64,000 nucleotides of DNA. Source: an uncultured Gemmatimonadales bacterium (GTDB lineage Bacteria; Gemmatimonadota; Gemmatimonadetes; Longimicrobiales; Longimicrobiaceae). Positions 33,555-43,887 of the stretch are shown in pieces (positions within the stretch are counted from its first letter, which is position 1; every line of letters begins with the position of its first letter). The translations under genes and the position numbers were made by a program. The notes under the pieces were generated by a model. It ran no database searches. It had not been told where the DNA came from and saw nothing but the letters and a program-made list of their open reading frames with translations. Where the stretch lies: assembly GCA_963716255.1 (NCBI GenBank), contig OY970303.1:3072001-3136000 (forward strand), in the 5' to 3' direction.

Positions 33555-34775
33555 ATGCGCCGCCTCGTACCGCCGATGATCCGCTCCGCCACGCTCCTCC
33601 GTCTCCTCGTCCTGGCGATGCTCGCCATCTGCCGCGGCGCGTCCCCGGCCGCCTCGCAGGACGCGCCGGGAGGGGGCATCCCCGTGCTGGCCTGGCACCG
33701 CTTCGCGGACCGGCCCACGCCGGAGGTGGGGTCGCTGACGGAGTCGTACGCGGGCTTCGAGGAGATGCTGGCGTTCATGCAACGGGAGGGATTCCGCAGC
33801 GTCTTCCCCGAGCAGGCCCGCCCGGGGGCGGGCCGGCAGGTGATCCTGACCTTCGACGACGGTCCCGAAGAGTCGCTGCGCGCGGCGGAGATGCTGGAGC
33901 GCCACGGATTCCGCGGCATCTTCTTCGTCATCCCCGGCCGCACGCGCGAGGACGGCGAGGGCTACCTGACGCCCGCGGAGGCGGAGCGGCTGGCACGCGC
34001 CGGGCACCGCGTGGCCGCGCACGGCTACGACCACCGCAGCATGGCCAGCTCCCGGGAGGAGGTGGCCGCATCCGTCGCCCGCTCGCGCCGCGAGCTCGGG
34101 CAGAAGACGGCCGGGCTGGCGAGCCCGCTGGACTTCGCCTTCCCCTTCGGCCACTACACGCCGGAGGTGGCGCGGACGCTGGGGGCGAGCTTCCGCTTCC
34201 TGCACACGGTGAACCCCGGCTACTGGGACGGCCGCTCGGCCCTGCTGCCGCGGATGCTGGTCATGTCCGGGGTGGACCCGGGGCTGTACCGCGCCTACCT
34301 GCTGGGCGGCGCGGACTACCGGCCGCGGCTGGAGCCGCTGACGCCGGACGGCGCCGTCGCGGGCCGGGTGGCGTTCCGCCTTCGCGGCGGTCCGCTGCCG
34401 GCGGGCGTGGAATTGTTCGCCGTCTCGGCGGACGCGGAGGGGCGCAGCTACGTGGGCCACCCGCTGGGGACGAGCCTGGAGGTGAGGGGCGACACGGCGT
34501 GGGTGGAGCTGGCGGCGCACATGCGGCGCTTCTACGCGCCCGAGCGCAGCGCCATCGCGTACGCGCTCGTCACCCGCGAGGGCGGCGAGGTGCGCTACCT
34601 GTCGCCGGGGGTCCAGAACTGGATCCGCGACCCGGCGGCGGAGTCGCGGCCGGGTTGGTTCTCCCCGCTCGTCCGGACGGCGGGCGTCGTCCTGGCCGCC
34701 GGCGTCCTGCTCCTGGCGGTGCGCGCCGTTTCGCGCCGGGGGAAGCCCGGCACACGGCCGGCCGACGGGCGTTGA
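33555..34775 (+). CDS. Polysaccharide deacetylase family protein (exported, C-terminal TM)
   Basis: VLAWH, ILTFDDG, AHGYDH, FAFPFG. Confidence 0.88.
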   Translation: MRRLVPPMIRSATLLRLLVLAMLAICRGASPAASQDAPGGGIPVLAWHRFADRPTPEVGSLTESYAGFEEMLAFMQREGFRSVFPEQARPGAGRQVILTFDDGPEESLRAAEMLERHGFRGIFFVIPGRTREDGEGYLTPAEAERLARAGHRVAAHGYDHRSMASSREEVAASVARSRRELGQKTAGLASPLDFAFPFGHYTPEVARTLGASFRFLHTVNPGYWDGRSALLPRMLVMSGVDPGLYRAYLLGGADYRPRLEPLTPDGAVAGRVAFRLRGGPLPAGVELFAVSADAEGRSYVGHPLGTSLEVRGDTAWVELAAHMRRFYAPERSAIAYALVTREGGEVRYLSPGVQNWIRDPAAESRPGWFSPLVRTAGVVLAAGVLLLAVRAVSRRGKPGTRPADGR

Positions 34776-34787
34776 GCAGCCGAAGAA

Positions 34788-35498
34788 TCACACCGCCAGC
34801 CCAAGCCAGGCCAGCAGCGCCAGCACCAGCGGCGCCAACACCGCCGTGACCACGCCCATCAGCCCGATGGCGATGCCGGCGCCCGCCGCCTCCACCTCGC
34901 CCTCCTCCACCGCCCGCGCCGTCCCCACCCCGTGCGCCGCCGCCCCCAGCGCGATCCCCAGCGCCGTGCGGCTGCGGACCCCGGCCGCGCGCAGCAGCGC
35001 CGGCCCCACCGCCGCGCCGAGCACACCCGACAGGATCACCACCGCCGCCGAGAGCGAGGGGATGCCGCCCGCGCGCCGGGCGATCTCGATGGCGATGGGC
35101 GTGGTCACCGAGCGTGGCGCCAGCGAGCGCACCACCTCGGGCGAGGCGCCCAGGAGCATGGCCACCCCGCACGCCGACACGATCCCCACGGCGCCCCCGG
35201 CCAGCAGCGACAAGAGCAGCGCGCGGGCGCCGCGCCGCACCTGCTCCATCTGCCGGAAGAGCGGCACCCCCAGCGCGACCACCGCCGGCCCAAGCCAGAA
35301 GCTGAGCCATCGCCCGCCGCGGTCGTACGCCTCGTAGCGCACGCCCAGCGCCTCCAGCGCCGCGATCATCACCACGATGCCCACCAGCACCGGGTGCAGC
35401 AGCGCCCAGCCGAGCCGCCGGTGCAGCCGCCGCGCCAGGTCGAACACCAGGACGGTGCCCGCCACGGCCAGCGCGGCCGCGAGGACGCCGCTACCCAC
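34788..35498 (-). CDS. lrgB: LrgB/CidB family membrane protein
   Basis: LGPAVVALGVPLF, SLAPRSVTTPIA, GAAAHGVGTARA. Confidence 0.93.
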   Translation of the reverse strand: MGSGVLAAALAVAGTVLVFDLARRLHRRLGWALLHPVLVGIVVMIAALEALGVRYEAYDRGGRWLSFWLGPAVVALGVPLFRQMEQVRRGARALLLSLLAGGAVGIVSACGVAMLLGASPEVVRSLAPRSVTTPIAIEIARRAGGIPSLSAAVVILSGVLGAAVGPALLRAAGVRSRTALGIALGAAAHGVGTARAVEEGEVEAAGAGIAIGLMGVVTAVLAPLVLALLAWLGLAV

Positions 35499-35874
35499 GG
35501 GCCTCCAGCCGCTGCTGGAGCCGGCCGACCACCAGGAGCACGGCTACGGTGCTCGCCGCGCCCGCCAGGGCGATGGGGAGCCATTCGCGGCGCAGCAGCT
35601 CGTACTGGAGCATCAGCCCCACGCCGGGCGGCACGAACAGCAACCCCATGTGGCGGAGGAGCAGCCCGGCCGCGGGCTCCACCCACGCGGCCGGCATCCA
35701 GCGGAAGTGCAGCGCGGCCGCGAGCAGCAGCATGCCGACGACGCTCCCCGGCAGCGGCAGCCGCCCGAGAGTGGCGATGGCGTCGCCGGCGAGCAGGAAG
35801 GCGAGCAGCACCGCGGCGCCGGCGGCGTAGCGCCACCACGCGGCGCGCCGCGGCCGGACGCCCGCCGGCTCCAT
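35491..35874 (-). CDS. CidA/LrgA holin-like protein
   Basis: PLPGSVVGMLLL, LLFVPPGVGLM; overlaps the lrgB start. Confidence 0.9.
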   Translation of the reverse strand: MEPAGVRPRRAAWWRYAAGAAVLLAFLLAGDAIATLGRLPLPGSVVGMLLLAAALHFRWMPAAWVEPAAGLLLRHMGLLFVPPGVGLMLQYELLRREWLPIALAGAASTVAVLLVVGRLQQRLEARG

Positions 35875-35951
35875 CCCCTCCGCCTCGAGCGCGGCGCTCG
35901 TGGCCGCCGAAGCGTCGTGTGCGTCCCCCCGGTCCGGCCGGCCGGCTCCGC

Positions 35952-37544
35952 TCACGCCTCCCCCAGCATCTCCAGGATGGTTTCCAGCGAGTCCGCCTCG
36001 GCGGGCGGCTTGTCGGTGCGCCAGCGCAGGATGCGCGGAAAGCGCACCGCCACCCCGGACTTGTGGCGCGGCGAGCGCTGGATCCCCTCGAACGCCAGCT
36101 CGAACACCAGCTCCGGCTTGACGGTGCGCACCGGCCCGAAGCGCTCCAGCGTGTTGCGGCGCACCCACGAGTCCACCTTGCGGATCTCCGCGTCGGTGAG
36201 CCCGGAGTACGCCTTGGCGAAGGGAACCAGCTCCCCGGCGCGCCACACCGCGAAGGTGTAGTCCGTGTACAGCGAGGCCCGCCGGCCGTGGCCCCGCTGC
36301 GCGTACACCATCACCGCGTCCACGGTGAAGGGCTCGGTCTTCCACTTCCACCACGGGCCCCGCTTCCGCCCCACCCCGTACGGCGCGTCGGCCCGCTTCA
36401 GCATCAGCCCCTCCGCCCCGCGCTCCCGCGCCCCGCGGTACGCCGCCGCCACCCCCTCCCAGTCCTCCGCCGCCACCAGCGGCGACAGCGGCATCCGCGC
36501 CCCCGCGGGGGAGCGCGCCAGCAGCTCCTCCAGCCGCGCCCGCCGCCAGCGCAGCGGCCGGCCGCGCACGTCCTCGCCGCCGATCTCCAGCAGGTCGTAG
36601 GCGAGCAGGACCACGGGCACCTCGGCCAGGATCCTGGGGCCCAGCGTCTTGCGGCCGATGCGGCGCTGGAGCTGCGCGAAGGGGAGCGGGCGCCCGTCGC
36701 GCCAGGGGAGCACCTCGCCGTCCACAACCGTGCCGTCCGGGAGGAGCGCCGCGGCCTCGGCGATCTCCGGGAAGCGCTCGGTGATCAATTCCTCGCCGCG
36801 CGACCACAGGAACGTCTGCCCGGCGCGGCGGACGAGCTGCGCGCGGATCCCGTCCCACTTCCACTCCGCCTGCCACTCCCCCGGCTCGCCCAGCGCCTCG
36901 GGCCCGCCGTCCAGCGCGTGCGCCAGGAAGAAGGGGTAGGGGCGCGACACGTCCGCGTCGCGCGTGTCGGCGGCCAGCAGGTGGAGGAACGACTCCGGGG
37001 TGGGCTCCCACGCGCCCATCAGCCGGTGCGCCACAACGGGCTCGTCCACCTCGCTCACCCTGGAGAGCGCGCGCACCACCAGGCTCTGCGACACGCCCAC
37101 CCGGAAGCTGCCGGTGATCAGCTTGTTCCACACGTAGCGCTGCGCGCCGTCCAGCTCCGCCCAGGCGCGCAGCACCTCTCGCCGCTGCGTGGCGTCGTCC
37201 TCGCCGCGCAGCAGGAGGAGGCGCTCCTCCACCCAGTGGCGCAGGGGAAGGTCGCTGGACGCATCCGACGGGGGGAGGAGCAGCGAGATGGCCTCGCCCA
37301 GGTCGCCCACGGCGCCGTAGCTCTCCTCGAAGAGCCAGTCCGGGACGCCGGACGCCTCCATGGCCCACTCCGCCAGCTTGCGCGCGCCGATGAGCCGCTT
37401 GGGGCGCCCGCCGCCCAGGAAGTGCACGGCCCAGGCGGCGTCCGCGGGGTCGGCGCGGCGGAAGTAGCCGACCATCGCCTCCACCTTGGCGCCCGTCTTG
37501 TTGGTCTCGTCCAGCTCCGTGTACAGCTCCGCGAACGCCCTCAC
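35952..37544 (-). CDS. ATP-dependent DNA ligase (ligase-associated system)
   Basis: EWKWDGIRAQ, DGE, EGLMLK, WWKWK, RFPRI. GTG start overlaps the exonuclease stop. Confidence 0.95.
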   Translation of the reverse strand: MRAFAELYTELDETNKTGAKVEAMVGYFRRADPADAAWAVHFLGGGRPKRLIGARKLAEWAMEASGVPDWLFEESYGAVGDLGEAISLLLPPSDASSDLPLRHWVEERLLLLRGEDDATQRREVLRAWAELDGAQRYVWNKLITGSFRVGVSQSLVVRALSRVSEVDEPVVAHRLMGAWEPTPESFLHLLAADTRDADVSRPYPFFLAHALDGGPEALGEPGEWQAEWKWDGIRAQLVRRAGQTFLWSRGEELITERFPEIAEAAALLPDGTVVDGEVLPWRDGRPLPFAQLQRRIGRKTLGPRILAEVPVVLLAYDLLEIGGEDVRGRPLRWRRARLEELLARSPAGARMPLSPLVAAEDWEGVAAAYRGARERGAEGLMLKRADAPYGVGRKRGPWWKWKTEPFTVDAVMVYAQRGHGRRASLYTDYTFAVWRAGELVPFAKAYSGLTDAEIRKVDSWVRRNTLERFGPVRTVKPELVFELAFEGIQRSPRHKSGVAVRFPRILRWRTDKPPAEADSLETILEMLGEA

Positions 37545-38620
37545 GCGCCCTCCTCCCCCGCCCCGCCGCCGGGGGTCTCCGCGGCGCCGGCCTCCGCCTC
37601 CTCCCGCGCCTCGTCGGCAGCCACGGCCTCCGCGTCGTCGGCCTCGCCCTCCCAGCGGGAGGCCACGGCGTGCGCCTCCAGCCCGTGCTCGCGCAGCCAG
37701 CGCACCACCGGCTCCCGGTAGCCGTGCGTCACCCACACCCGCTCCGCGCCGGTGGCCGCGATGGAGGCCAGCAGCGAGGGCCAGTCCACGTGGTCGCTGA
37801 GCACGAAGCCGCGGTCCACGGCCCGCCGCCGCCGCGCCCCGCGGATCCGCATCCACCCCGAGGCGAAGCCGGTGGACGCCGCGCCGAACCTGCGCATCCA
37901 CGGCGTCCCCGCCGCCGACGGCGGGGCCACCACCATCGCCCGGCTCCAGTCGGTTCCCTTCGGCGCCGACGCCACGTGCGAGGTGGGCGGGAGCGGCACC
38001 CCGCCGTCGCGGTAGTCGGCGGTGAGCTTTTCCACCGCGCCGTGGGTGTAGACAGGGCCGATGCCGGGGTCCAGCCCGGCGAGGAGGCGCTGCGCCTTGC
38101 CCAGCGCGTAGCCGAAGAGGACGCTGGCGCGGCCCGCCTCCTGGTTGGCGCGCCACCAGCGGTTCACCTGCTCGAACACCTCGGCCTGCGGCGCCCAGCG
38201 GTAGATGGGAAGCCCGAAGGTGGACTCGGTGACGAAGGTGTGGCAGCGCACGGGCTCGAACGGCGTGCAGGTGGCGTCCGGCTCGGTCTTGTAGTCGCCG
38301 GAGACCACCCACACCTCGCCGCGGTGCTCCACCCGCACCTGCGCGGAGCCCAGGATGTGCCCGGCCGGGTGCAGCGACACGCGCACGCCTCGCACGTCCA
38401 GCGCCTCCCCCCAGTCCAGCGAGCGGATGGCGGCGCGCTCGCCCATGCGGGTACGCAGCACGCGCTCGCCCTCGCGCGAGCCCAGGTAGCGGCGCGATCC
38501 CCAGCGCGCGTGGTCGCCGTGGGCGTGGGTGATCACCGCCCGGTCCACAGGCTGCCACGGGTCGATGAAGAAGTCGCCGGCCTCGCAGAAGAGGCCCCGG
38601 TCCGTCAGCCGCAGCAGCAT
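37541..38620 (-). CDS. Ligase-associated DNA damage response exonuclease (MBL/beta-CASP)
   Basis: ITHAHGDH, AGHILGS, SGDYK, ESTFG, SDHVD. Confidence 0.93.
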   Translation of the reverse strand: MLLRLTDRGLFCEAGDFFIDPWQPVDRAVITHAHGDHARWGSRRYLGSREGERVLRTRMGERAAIRSLDWGEALDVRGVRVSLHPAGHILGSAQVRVEHRGEVWVVSGDYKTEPDATCTPFEPVRCHTFVTESTFGLPIYRWAPQAEVFEQVNRWWRANQEAGRASVLFGYALGKAQRLLAGLDPGIGPVYTHGAVEKLTADYRDGGVPLPPTSHVASAPKGTDWSRAMVVAPPSAAGTPWMRRFGAASTGFASGWMRIRGARRRRAVDRGFVLSDHVDWPSLLASIAATGAERVWVTHGYREPVVRWLREHGLEAHAVASRWEGEADDAEAVAADEAREEAEAGAAETPGGGAGEEGA

Positions 38621-38734
38621 GTGGTTCAGTCCGGAGGGTCGGGCGGAGCGTTCGCATCCCCCTTCCGCAGGTGCCGCGCCGCGGGGTCGTGTGCGCGTGT
38701 GACGTTGTGCGGGACGGCTCTGAACGGCAACTGC

Positions 38735-38871
38735 GGGGTTGGGCGTGCCCCCGGCTGGCGCCGGGGTCGGGCTTCGGCTCCGTAACGCACGAAACAACCG
38801 TGCGTAACGGAGTCGAGCCCCAACGATACTGCCGTTGGGTCTCGCCCCTTCGGGCCGGAATCCCTCACGCG
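38735..38871 (+). ncRNA. Structured multi-hairpin repeat, copy 2
   Basis: Same conserved blocks as 26301-26437 with substituted but paired inner stems. Confidence 0.7.
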
Positions 38872-38922
38872 GGGTGGGTGCTGGCGTCCGGGGGGACCCC
38901 CGCCCCGGCGCTGCGTGCCGTG

Positions 38923-39018
38923 CTCCCCTCCCCCTTGCGGGGAGGGGCCGGGGGAGGGGGTGCCGTCGCCGTCCTCCCCCTCTCCCCTCGTGGGAGAGGG
39001 GGCCGGGGGGTGAGGGGT
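38923..39018. repeat. Two REP-like C/G-rich palindromes
   Basis: CTCCCCTCCCCCTTGCGGGGAGGGGCCGGGGGAGGGG and CCCCCTCTCCCCTCGTGGGAGAGGGGGCCGGGGGGTGAGGGG. Confidence 0.6.
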
Positions 39019-39021
39019 AGG

Positions 39022-39354
39022 TCAGCTCATCGAGTCCCGATGCGGCATCGCGCGGGCGACGGCGTCGTAGTCGATGACGCCCTGGCGCTCCAGCGCGTCC
39101 ACGCGGCTGCGCTCGGCCTGCATCCGCCGCTCCAGCGCGCGCAGCGTCTCCTCCCGGCTCCGGCCGGGCTGGAGCGGATCCGGCCGGCTCTCCGAGCGGA
39201 GCACGTCCACCGTCTCCTCCATCTCGTCGGCCAGCAGCAGCATCTCGCCGATCCGCCGGTTGCGCTCCACCGCCCCCGCGTCGTCCGCGGCGGAGCCCCG
39301 GCGAAACCCGTCTCCGATCCCGATCTCCCTGTCGATGTCTCGCATGGATCGCAT
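39022..39354 (-). CDS. Hypothetical coiled-coil protein
   Basis: GAGGAG RBS; charged helical sequence. Confidence 0.55.
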   Translation of the reverse strand: MRSMRDIDREIGIGDGFRRGSAADDAGAVERNRRIGEMLLLADEMEETVDVLRSESRPDPLQPGRSREETLRALERRMQAERSRVDALERQGVIDYDAVARAMPHRDSMS

Positions 39355-39367
39355 CTCCTCCCTCGGC

Positions 39368-39559
39368 TCAGGCGAGCAACGCTCCCACGAAGCGGCGGGC
39401 GTATTCCTCACCGCATTCGCAGCAGAGCTCCAACCAGCAGGTGCAGGCCGGGCGTCCGCACTTCCCCTCCAGGTCGATCCCCCTGCACCGGCAGGACCGC
39501 ACACCGGTCCCGCAGCGGGCACACTTCTCTTCCGATGTCCGGATCTGCACGTTGCGCAT
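39368..39559 (-). CDS. Small cysteine-rich protein (10 Cys in 63 aa)
   Basis: CARC, CRC, C, CTC, CCEC; GAGGTG RBS upstream of ATG 39559. Confidence 0.55.
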   Translation of the reverse strand: MRNVQIRTSEEKCARCGTGVRSCRCRGIDLEGKCGRPACTCWLELCCECGEEYARRFVGALLA

Positions 39560-39776
39560 GGTGCACCTCGGGTGACTGAACGGGAACTGCAACCCGCCGC
39601 AACTCGCGTGCCCATCTGTTCACAAGTGGCCTGCTGACAAAGGCTTGCAGATACCTTCCCGGGGGGAGAAATCCAGCGGAGGCGCGGGTTTCGTGCGCGT
39701 GGCGGGAGATTGAGGAGGCAGGTGCGGGAATGGACGGGACGGGTCGCGGCGGAGTGCCCGGGCGCGGCGACGCCCG

Positions 39777-40148
39777 CTACGCAGCGCGGCTGCACGCCCG
39801 CTCGATCTCCTCCAGCAGGCGGTGCGAGGGGATGGGCTTGGACAGGTAGCCGTCGAAGCCCGCCTCTTCCACCTGCGCCTGCGACAGGCGCAGCGCGGTG
39901 AGCGCCAGCACCGGGATGTGCGCGGTCTCGGCGCCCGCCTTCAGCAGCCGGACCGTGCCCCACCCGTCCAGCACGGGCATCATGATGTCCAGGAGGATGA
40001 TGTCCGGCCGGTGGCGGCGGGCGAGGCTTACCCCCTCCTCGCCGTTGGGGGCGACCAGCGTCGCGTGCCCCGCGATCTCCAGCAGGCAGGCGAGCGCGTC
40101 GCAGATGCTTTCCGAGTCGTCCACGACGAGGATCGTCTTCCGGTCCAT
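39777..40148 (-). CDS. Single-domain response regulator (CheY-like)
   Basis: ILVVDD, LLDIMMP, LTA, YLSKP. Confidence 0.93.
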   Translation of the reverse strand: MDRKTILVVDDSESICDALACLLEIAGHATLVAPNGEEGVSLARRHRPDIILLDIMMPVLDGWGTVRLLKAGAETAHIPVLALTALRLSQAQVEEAGFDGYLSKPIPSHRLLEEIERACSRAA

Positions 40149-40353
40149 CGGTGTCTTCCGGGAGCGGGCGTAGCGGGACGCGGGCGAAGTCCCCCAAGAA
40201 TGGCGTCGCAGAGTCCGCAGGACAACGGTTTCGCGCCGTCTGCTCCCGGGCCCGCGGCACGCGGCCCTCCCGGCGAGCGCTTCAGGCGGGGCATCGTACG
40301 TGCTGGTCGACACCGGCGCCGTTGCACCCTGTTCCCTGTTCCCTCGCCGTCCC

Positions 40354-41010
40354 ATGCACATCGACGTGTTCTCGGACGTGGTCTGTCCCTGGTGCTACAT
40401 CGGCGAGCGACGGCTCGCGGCCGCGCTCGCGCAGCGCCCCGAGCTGGCGGCGACGCGGCGCTGGCGGCCGTTCCAGCTCCAGCCGGAGATGCCGGCGGAG
40501 GGGATCCCCTGGGCCGAGATGGTGCGCGGCAAGTTCGGTGGGCCGGAACGGGCGGGCGCCATGTTCCGGCAGGTGTCCGCCGCCGGCGCGCCGGACGGCA
40601 TCCGCTTCGAGTGGGAGCGCGTCGCAACCGCGCCCAACACCGTGGACGCGCACCGGCTGGTGCTGTGGGCGGCGGAGCGGGGGCGCGAGTGGGAGATGGC
40701 CGAGGCGCTCTTCGGCGCCCACTTCACGGAGGGGCGCGACCTCGGCTCCGCGGACGACCTGGCCGCCGCCGCCGCGCGGGCGGGGCTGGACCCGGAGGAG
40801 GTGCGCGCCTACATGGCCGGCGACGGCGGCCGGGACGAGGTGCGGCGCAGCCAGGACGAGGCGCGGTCGCTGGGGATCTCCGGCGTCCCCTTCTTCGTCA
40901 TCGACGGCAGGTGGGCGATCTCCGGCGCGCAGCCGGTGGAAGCGTTCCTGCGCGCCCTGGACGAGGCGGCCGCCGCCGCCCCTACGCCTCCTCGCGCAGG
41001 TCGGGGATGA
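40354..41010 (+). CDS. DsbA family oxidoreductase (FrnE-like)
   Basis: DVVCPWCYIG, PFQL, ISGVPFF, SGAQP. Confidence 0.93.
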   Translation: MHIDVFSDVVCPWCYIGERRLAAALAQRPELAATRRWRPFQLQPEMPAEGIPWAEMVRGKFGGPERAGAMFRQVSAAGAPDGIRFEWERVATAPNTVDAHRLVLWAAERGREWEMAEALFGAHFTEGRDLGSADDLAAAAARAGLDPEEVRAYMAGDGGRDEVRRSQDEARSLGISGVPFFVIDGRWAISGAQPVEAFLRALDEAAAAAPTPPRAGRG

Positions 41011-42490
41011 CCCAGGCGGCCAGCAGCGTCGCCGCCGCGAACAGCACCACGCCCCAGAACACCACGTGCAGGCCGTCGGAAAGGCCCTCGCGGAGGACGG
41101 CGGCCGCCGGGCCGGCCAGCTCCGGCCCGCGCGACGCGCCCTCGCCCAGCAGGCCGTTCACGGCGTCCAGCGACACCTGGTCCTCCAGGCCGCGCGCGGC
41201 CAGGTAGGCGCGGATGCGGTGGTTGAGCACTCCGCCGAAGACCGCCGCCCCCAGCGCGTTCCCCAGGATGCGCATCAGCATGAACGACGCGGTCGCCACG
41301 CCCCGCTGCGTCCAGGCCACGCTCGTCTGGATCGCCACGATGAAGGTGGTGCTCAGCAGCCCCATCCCCACTCCCATCACGAACGACCCCACCCCCACCT
41401 GCGCGGGGCCCATGTCGGCGAGCAGCGCCACCAGCAGTGCGCCCGCCATCACCCCCACCCCGCCCATGCGGGACAGGCGGCGCACCCCCTGCCGCACGAA
41501 CAGCCGGCCCGCGATGGCGGAGGCCAGCGGCCACCCCACCGTCATCGCGGAGAGCGCGAACCCGGCCACCAGCGCGCTCCCCCCCTGCACCCCCTGCACG
41601 TACGTGGGGAGGAAGCTGATCAGCCCGATCATCGCGATCCCCGACGTCAGCGTGGCGACGTTGGCCAGCGCGATCAGGCGGTCGCTCCAGATCTCCAGGT
41701 GCATGATGGGGTCGGGCGCGCGCCGCTCCTGCCGCAGGAAGAGCACGAACACCACGGCGAAGAGCGCAAGCAGCCCCGCCATGGCGCCGGCTCCCCACTC
41801 GCTCCCCTGCGTAAGCGCCAGCATCAGCGCGGAAAGCCCCACGAAGAGCAGCCCCGCGCCGGCGTAGTCGATGTTCCGCTCCTCGTGGGCCACGTTCTCG
41901 TGGAGGAACAGGCTGGTCAGCACGATGGTGACCACCCCCAGCGGCAGGTTCAGCCAGAAGATCCACGGCCATCCCAGGTGCTGCACGATCAGTCCGCCCG
42001 CCAGCGGCCCCACGATCGCCGAGATCCCCCAGATGCTGCTCAGGTAGCCCTGCACCCGGCCGCGCTCCTCCAGCGTGTACAGGTCGCCCACCAGCGTCGC
42101 GGTGATGGGCTGCACCGCGCCCGCCCCGATCCCCTGGAGGAAGCGGAAGGCCACCAGCATGGGCATGGAGGTGGCGAAGCCGCACAGCGTGGACCCCAGC
42201 AGAAAGATCACGATGCCGGCGATGAACACCGGCTTGCGGCCAAGCAGGTCGCTGAGCTTGCCGAACACGGGGATGGTCACGGCCTGCATGAGCAGGTACG
42301 ACGAGAACACCCAGCTGTACAGCGAGAAGCCGCCCAGCGAGCCGGCGATCTGGGGCATGGCCGTCGCGACGATGGTGGCCTCGATGGCCGCCATGAGCAT
42401 CGCCAGGACCAGCGCGGTGAGGACCAGCGGGCGGTGGGTGGTGGTGCGCCTGAGCGGGCGCTGCTCGATCTCTGCGGGGGTGCTGGACAC
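40982..42490 (-). CDS. MFS multidrug efflux transporter (DHA2/14-TMS)
   Basis: EATIVATAMP, GKLSDLLGRK, RFLQGIG, GPLAGG. Confidence 0.93.
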   Translation of the reverse strand: MSSTPAEIEQRPLRRTTTHRPLVLTALVLAMLMAAIEATIVATAMPQIAGSLGGFSLYSWVFSSYLLMQAVTIPVFGKLSDLLGRKPVFIAGIVIFLLGSTLCGFATSMPMLVAFRFLQGIGAGAVQPITATLVGDLYTLEERGRVQGYLSSIWGISAIVGPLAGGLIVQHLGWPWIFWLNLPLGVVTIVLTSLFLHENVAHEERNIDYAGAGLLFVGLSALMLALTQGSEWGAGAMAGLLALFAVVFVLFLRQERRAPDPIMHLEIWSDRLIALANVATLTSGIAMIGLISFLPTYVQGVQGGSALVAGFALSAMTVGWPLASAIAGRLFVRQGVRRLSRMGGVGVMAGALLVALLADMGPAQVGVGSFVMGVGMGLLSTTFIVAIQTSVAWTQRGVATASFMLMRILGNALGAAVFGGVLNHRIRAYLAARGLEDQVSLDAVNGLLGEGASRGPELAGPAAAVLREGLSDGLHVVFWGVVLFAAATLLAAWVIPDLREEA

Positions 42491-42678
42491 GGATCTTCGG
42501 TCTCGGGAAACGGGTGCGGCCCTGCGTGCGGCGCGGGTCGCCCGCAAGATCGCGACCCGCGCCGGTCCGCTTCCGCCGGGGGAAGCGCGAGCCCGCGCGG
42601 CAGGGTGCGCCGCGCGGGCTCGTTCCGTCTACACGCGTCCGGACGGCGGGTTCGCCCCGCCGGCCGGTGCGTTCCCGG

Positions 42679-43575
42679 TCAGCCGAAAAGCTTCTTGGCC
42701 ACGTCCATGAACATCTCGTGGTCGATGTCGGGGCCCAGCGGGGAGGTGAGCTGCGGCTCCATCGGCAGGTCGGGCGGGTCGAAGCCCTCGGGCGGGCCGT
42801 CCTGCACGATCAGCTCGCTCCCGTCCTCGGGGTGCGGGCCGTTCCAGATCTGCGAGATCTCGCGGTAGTCGTCGGCGCTGAAGCGGTAGAGGATCTGGTG
42901 CAGCCCCTTTTCCTCGTGCTTGCGCGCCTCGGGGAACTTCTTGTTGCTGATGTCCGGGATGGGAAGGAGCCCGCCCACGTTCACGCCGGTGAGCTTCTCC
43001 AACGCCTTGGCGTAGGCGACGATGTGCACCCCGCCGCGCACCAGCAGGTAGCCGAGCATCGCCCGCGAGGTCTCGTCGTCCACCATCTCGTAGACGCGGA
43101 TCTTGTTGGCGCGCGCCCCGCACTCCAGGAAGAAGTTGTGGAGCAGGTCCAGCTTGAGGTTGCCGCTGGAAAACACGTAGCTGCCATTCCACGGGTTCCC
43201 CATCGAGTCCACCGGGAGCGCCGTCTGCCCGCTGGCGATGAAGTGGTAGGCGTTGCGCGCGTCGGTCGCGTCCTTGAGGGGCGCGGCGAAGGGGTCGGTG
43301 CCGCGCGTGGTGGAGCCGCTCAGGAGCAGGTTGATGGTGTACGACACCGCCTCGATGTGGCCGTACTCCTCCGCCGCGATGTTGGCGATGAGATCGTAGA
43401 ACGGCCGCATCTCGTTCCGGCCGCGGAAGTTGAACGACTGGAAGGTGTAGTTCATCAGGGTGGACATCTCCCCGAACTTTCCGCCCAGCAGCTCCTGCAC
43501 GGCCGCCGCCCCGTTGGGATTGGGGTGCTTGGGCTGGGGAAGCTCCAGCGCCAGCTTGTCGATCCGCGTGATCAT
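42679..43575 (-). CDS. Manganese catalase family protein
   Basis: LGGKFGE, EEYGHIE, E..A, R...H ligands. Confidence 0.93.
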   Translation of the reverse strand: MITRIDKLALELPQPKHPNPNGAAAVQELLGGKFGEMSTLMNYTFQSFNFRGRNEMRPFYDLIANIAAEEYGHIEAVSYTINLLLSGSTTRGTDPFAAPLKDATDARNAYHFIASGQTALPVDSMGNPWNGSYVFSSGNLKLDLLHNFFLECGARANKIRVYEMVDDETSRAMLGYLLVRGGVHIVAYAKALEKLTGVNVGGLLPIPDISNKKFPEARKHEEKGLHQILYRFSADDYREISQIWNGPHPEDGSELIVQDGPPEGFDPPDLPMEPQLTSPLGPDIDHEMFMDVAKKLFG

Positions 43576-43887
43576 GGGTACCGCCTTGCGCCGCAAGTGA
43601 TTGCGGTCCGCAACCCGGACCGCAGGGGGCGGGCTGCCTGCACGATGCCTGCCACGCACCGCCGGCCGACCCCGGCAACGACACGCGCGGACCGGCCGCC
43701 GTCGCGGGGTTCTCCGGGAAATTTCTGGCCCGGAACGCCCGTTCCGCGCGAACTGTCGGATTGCGTGTCGTCTTCCGTGCGCACGGTCGGCTTTTTGCCT
43801 GGCTCGCGCGTCCGGTCGCCGTCACAGCTCCCACGCCCGCGCTTCCGCCGCGGGCGTGCAGCCCCACGCTTCACCACGGTTACGCCC

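Noticed and set aside
34788..35874. Holin-like genes as prophage evidence
   Set aside because: CidA/LrgB are ordinary chromosomal genes; no phage structural genes are present.
40327..40343. CCTGTTC heptamer tandem (also ~26582 and ~55700)
   Set aside because: Only 2-3 degenerate units; common short intergenic repeat with no assignable function.
42514..43887. N-terminal 458 aa of the 1728-aa ORF
   Set aside because: Antisense to the Mn catalase. The real gene starts at the signal peptide/lipobox at 43888.
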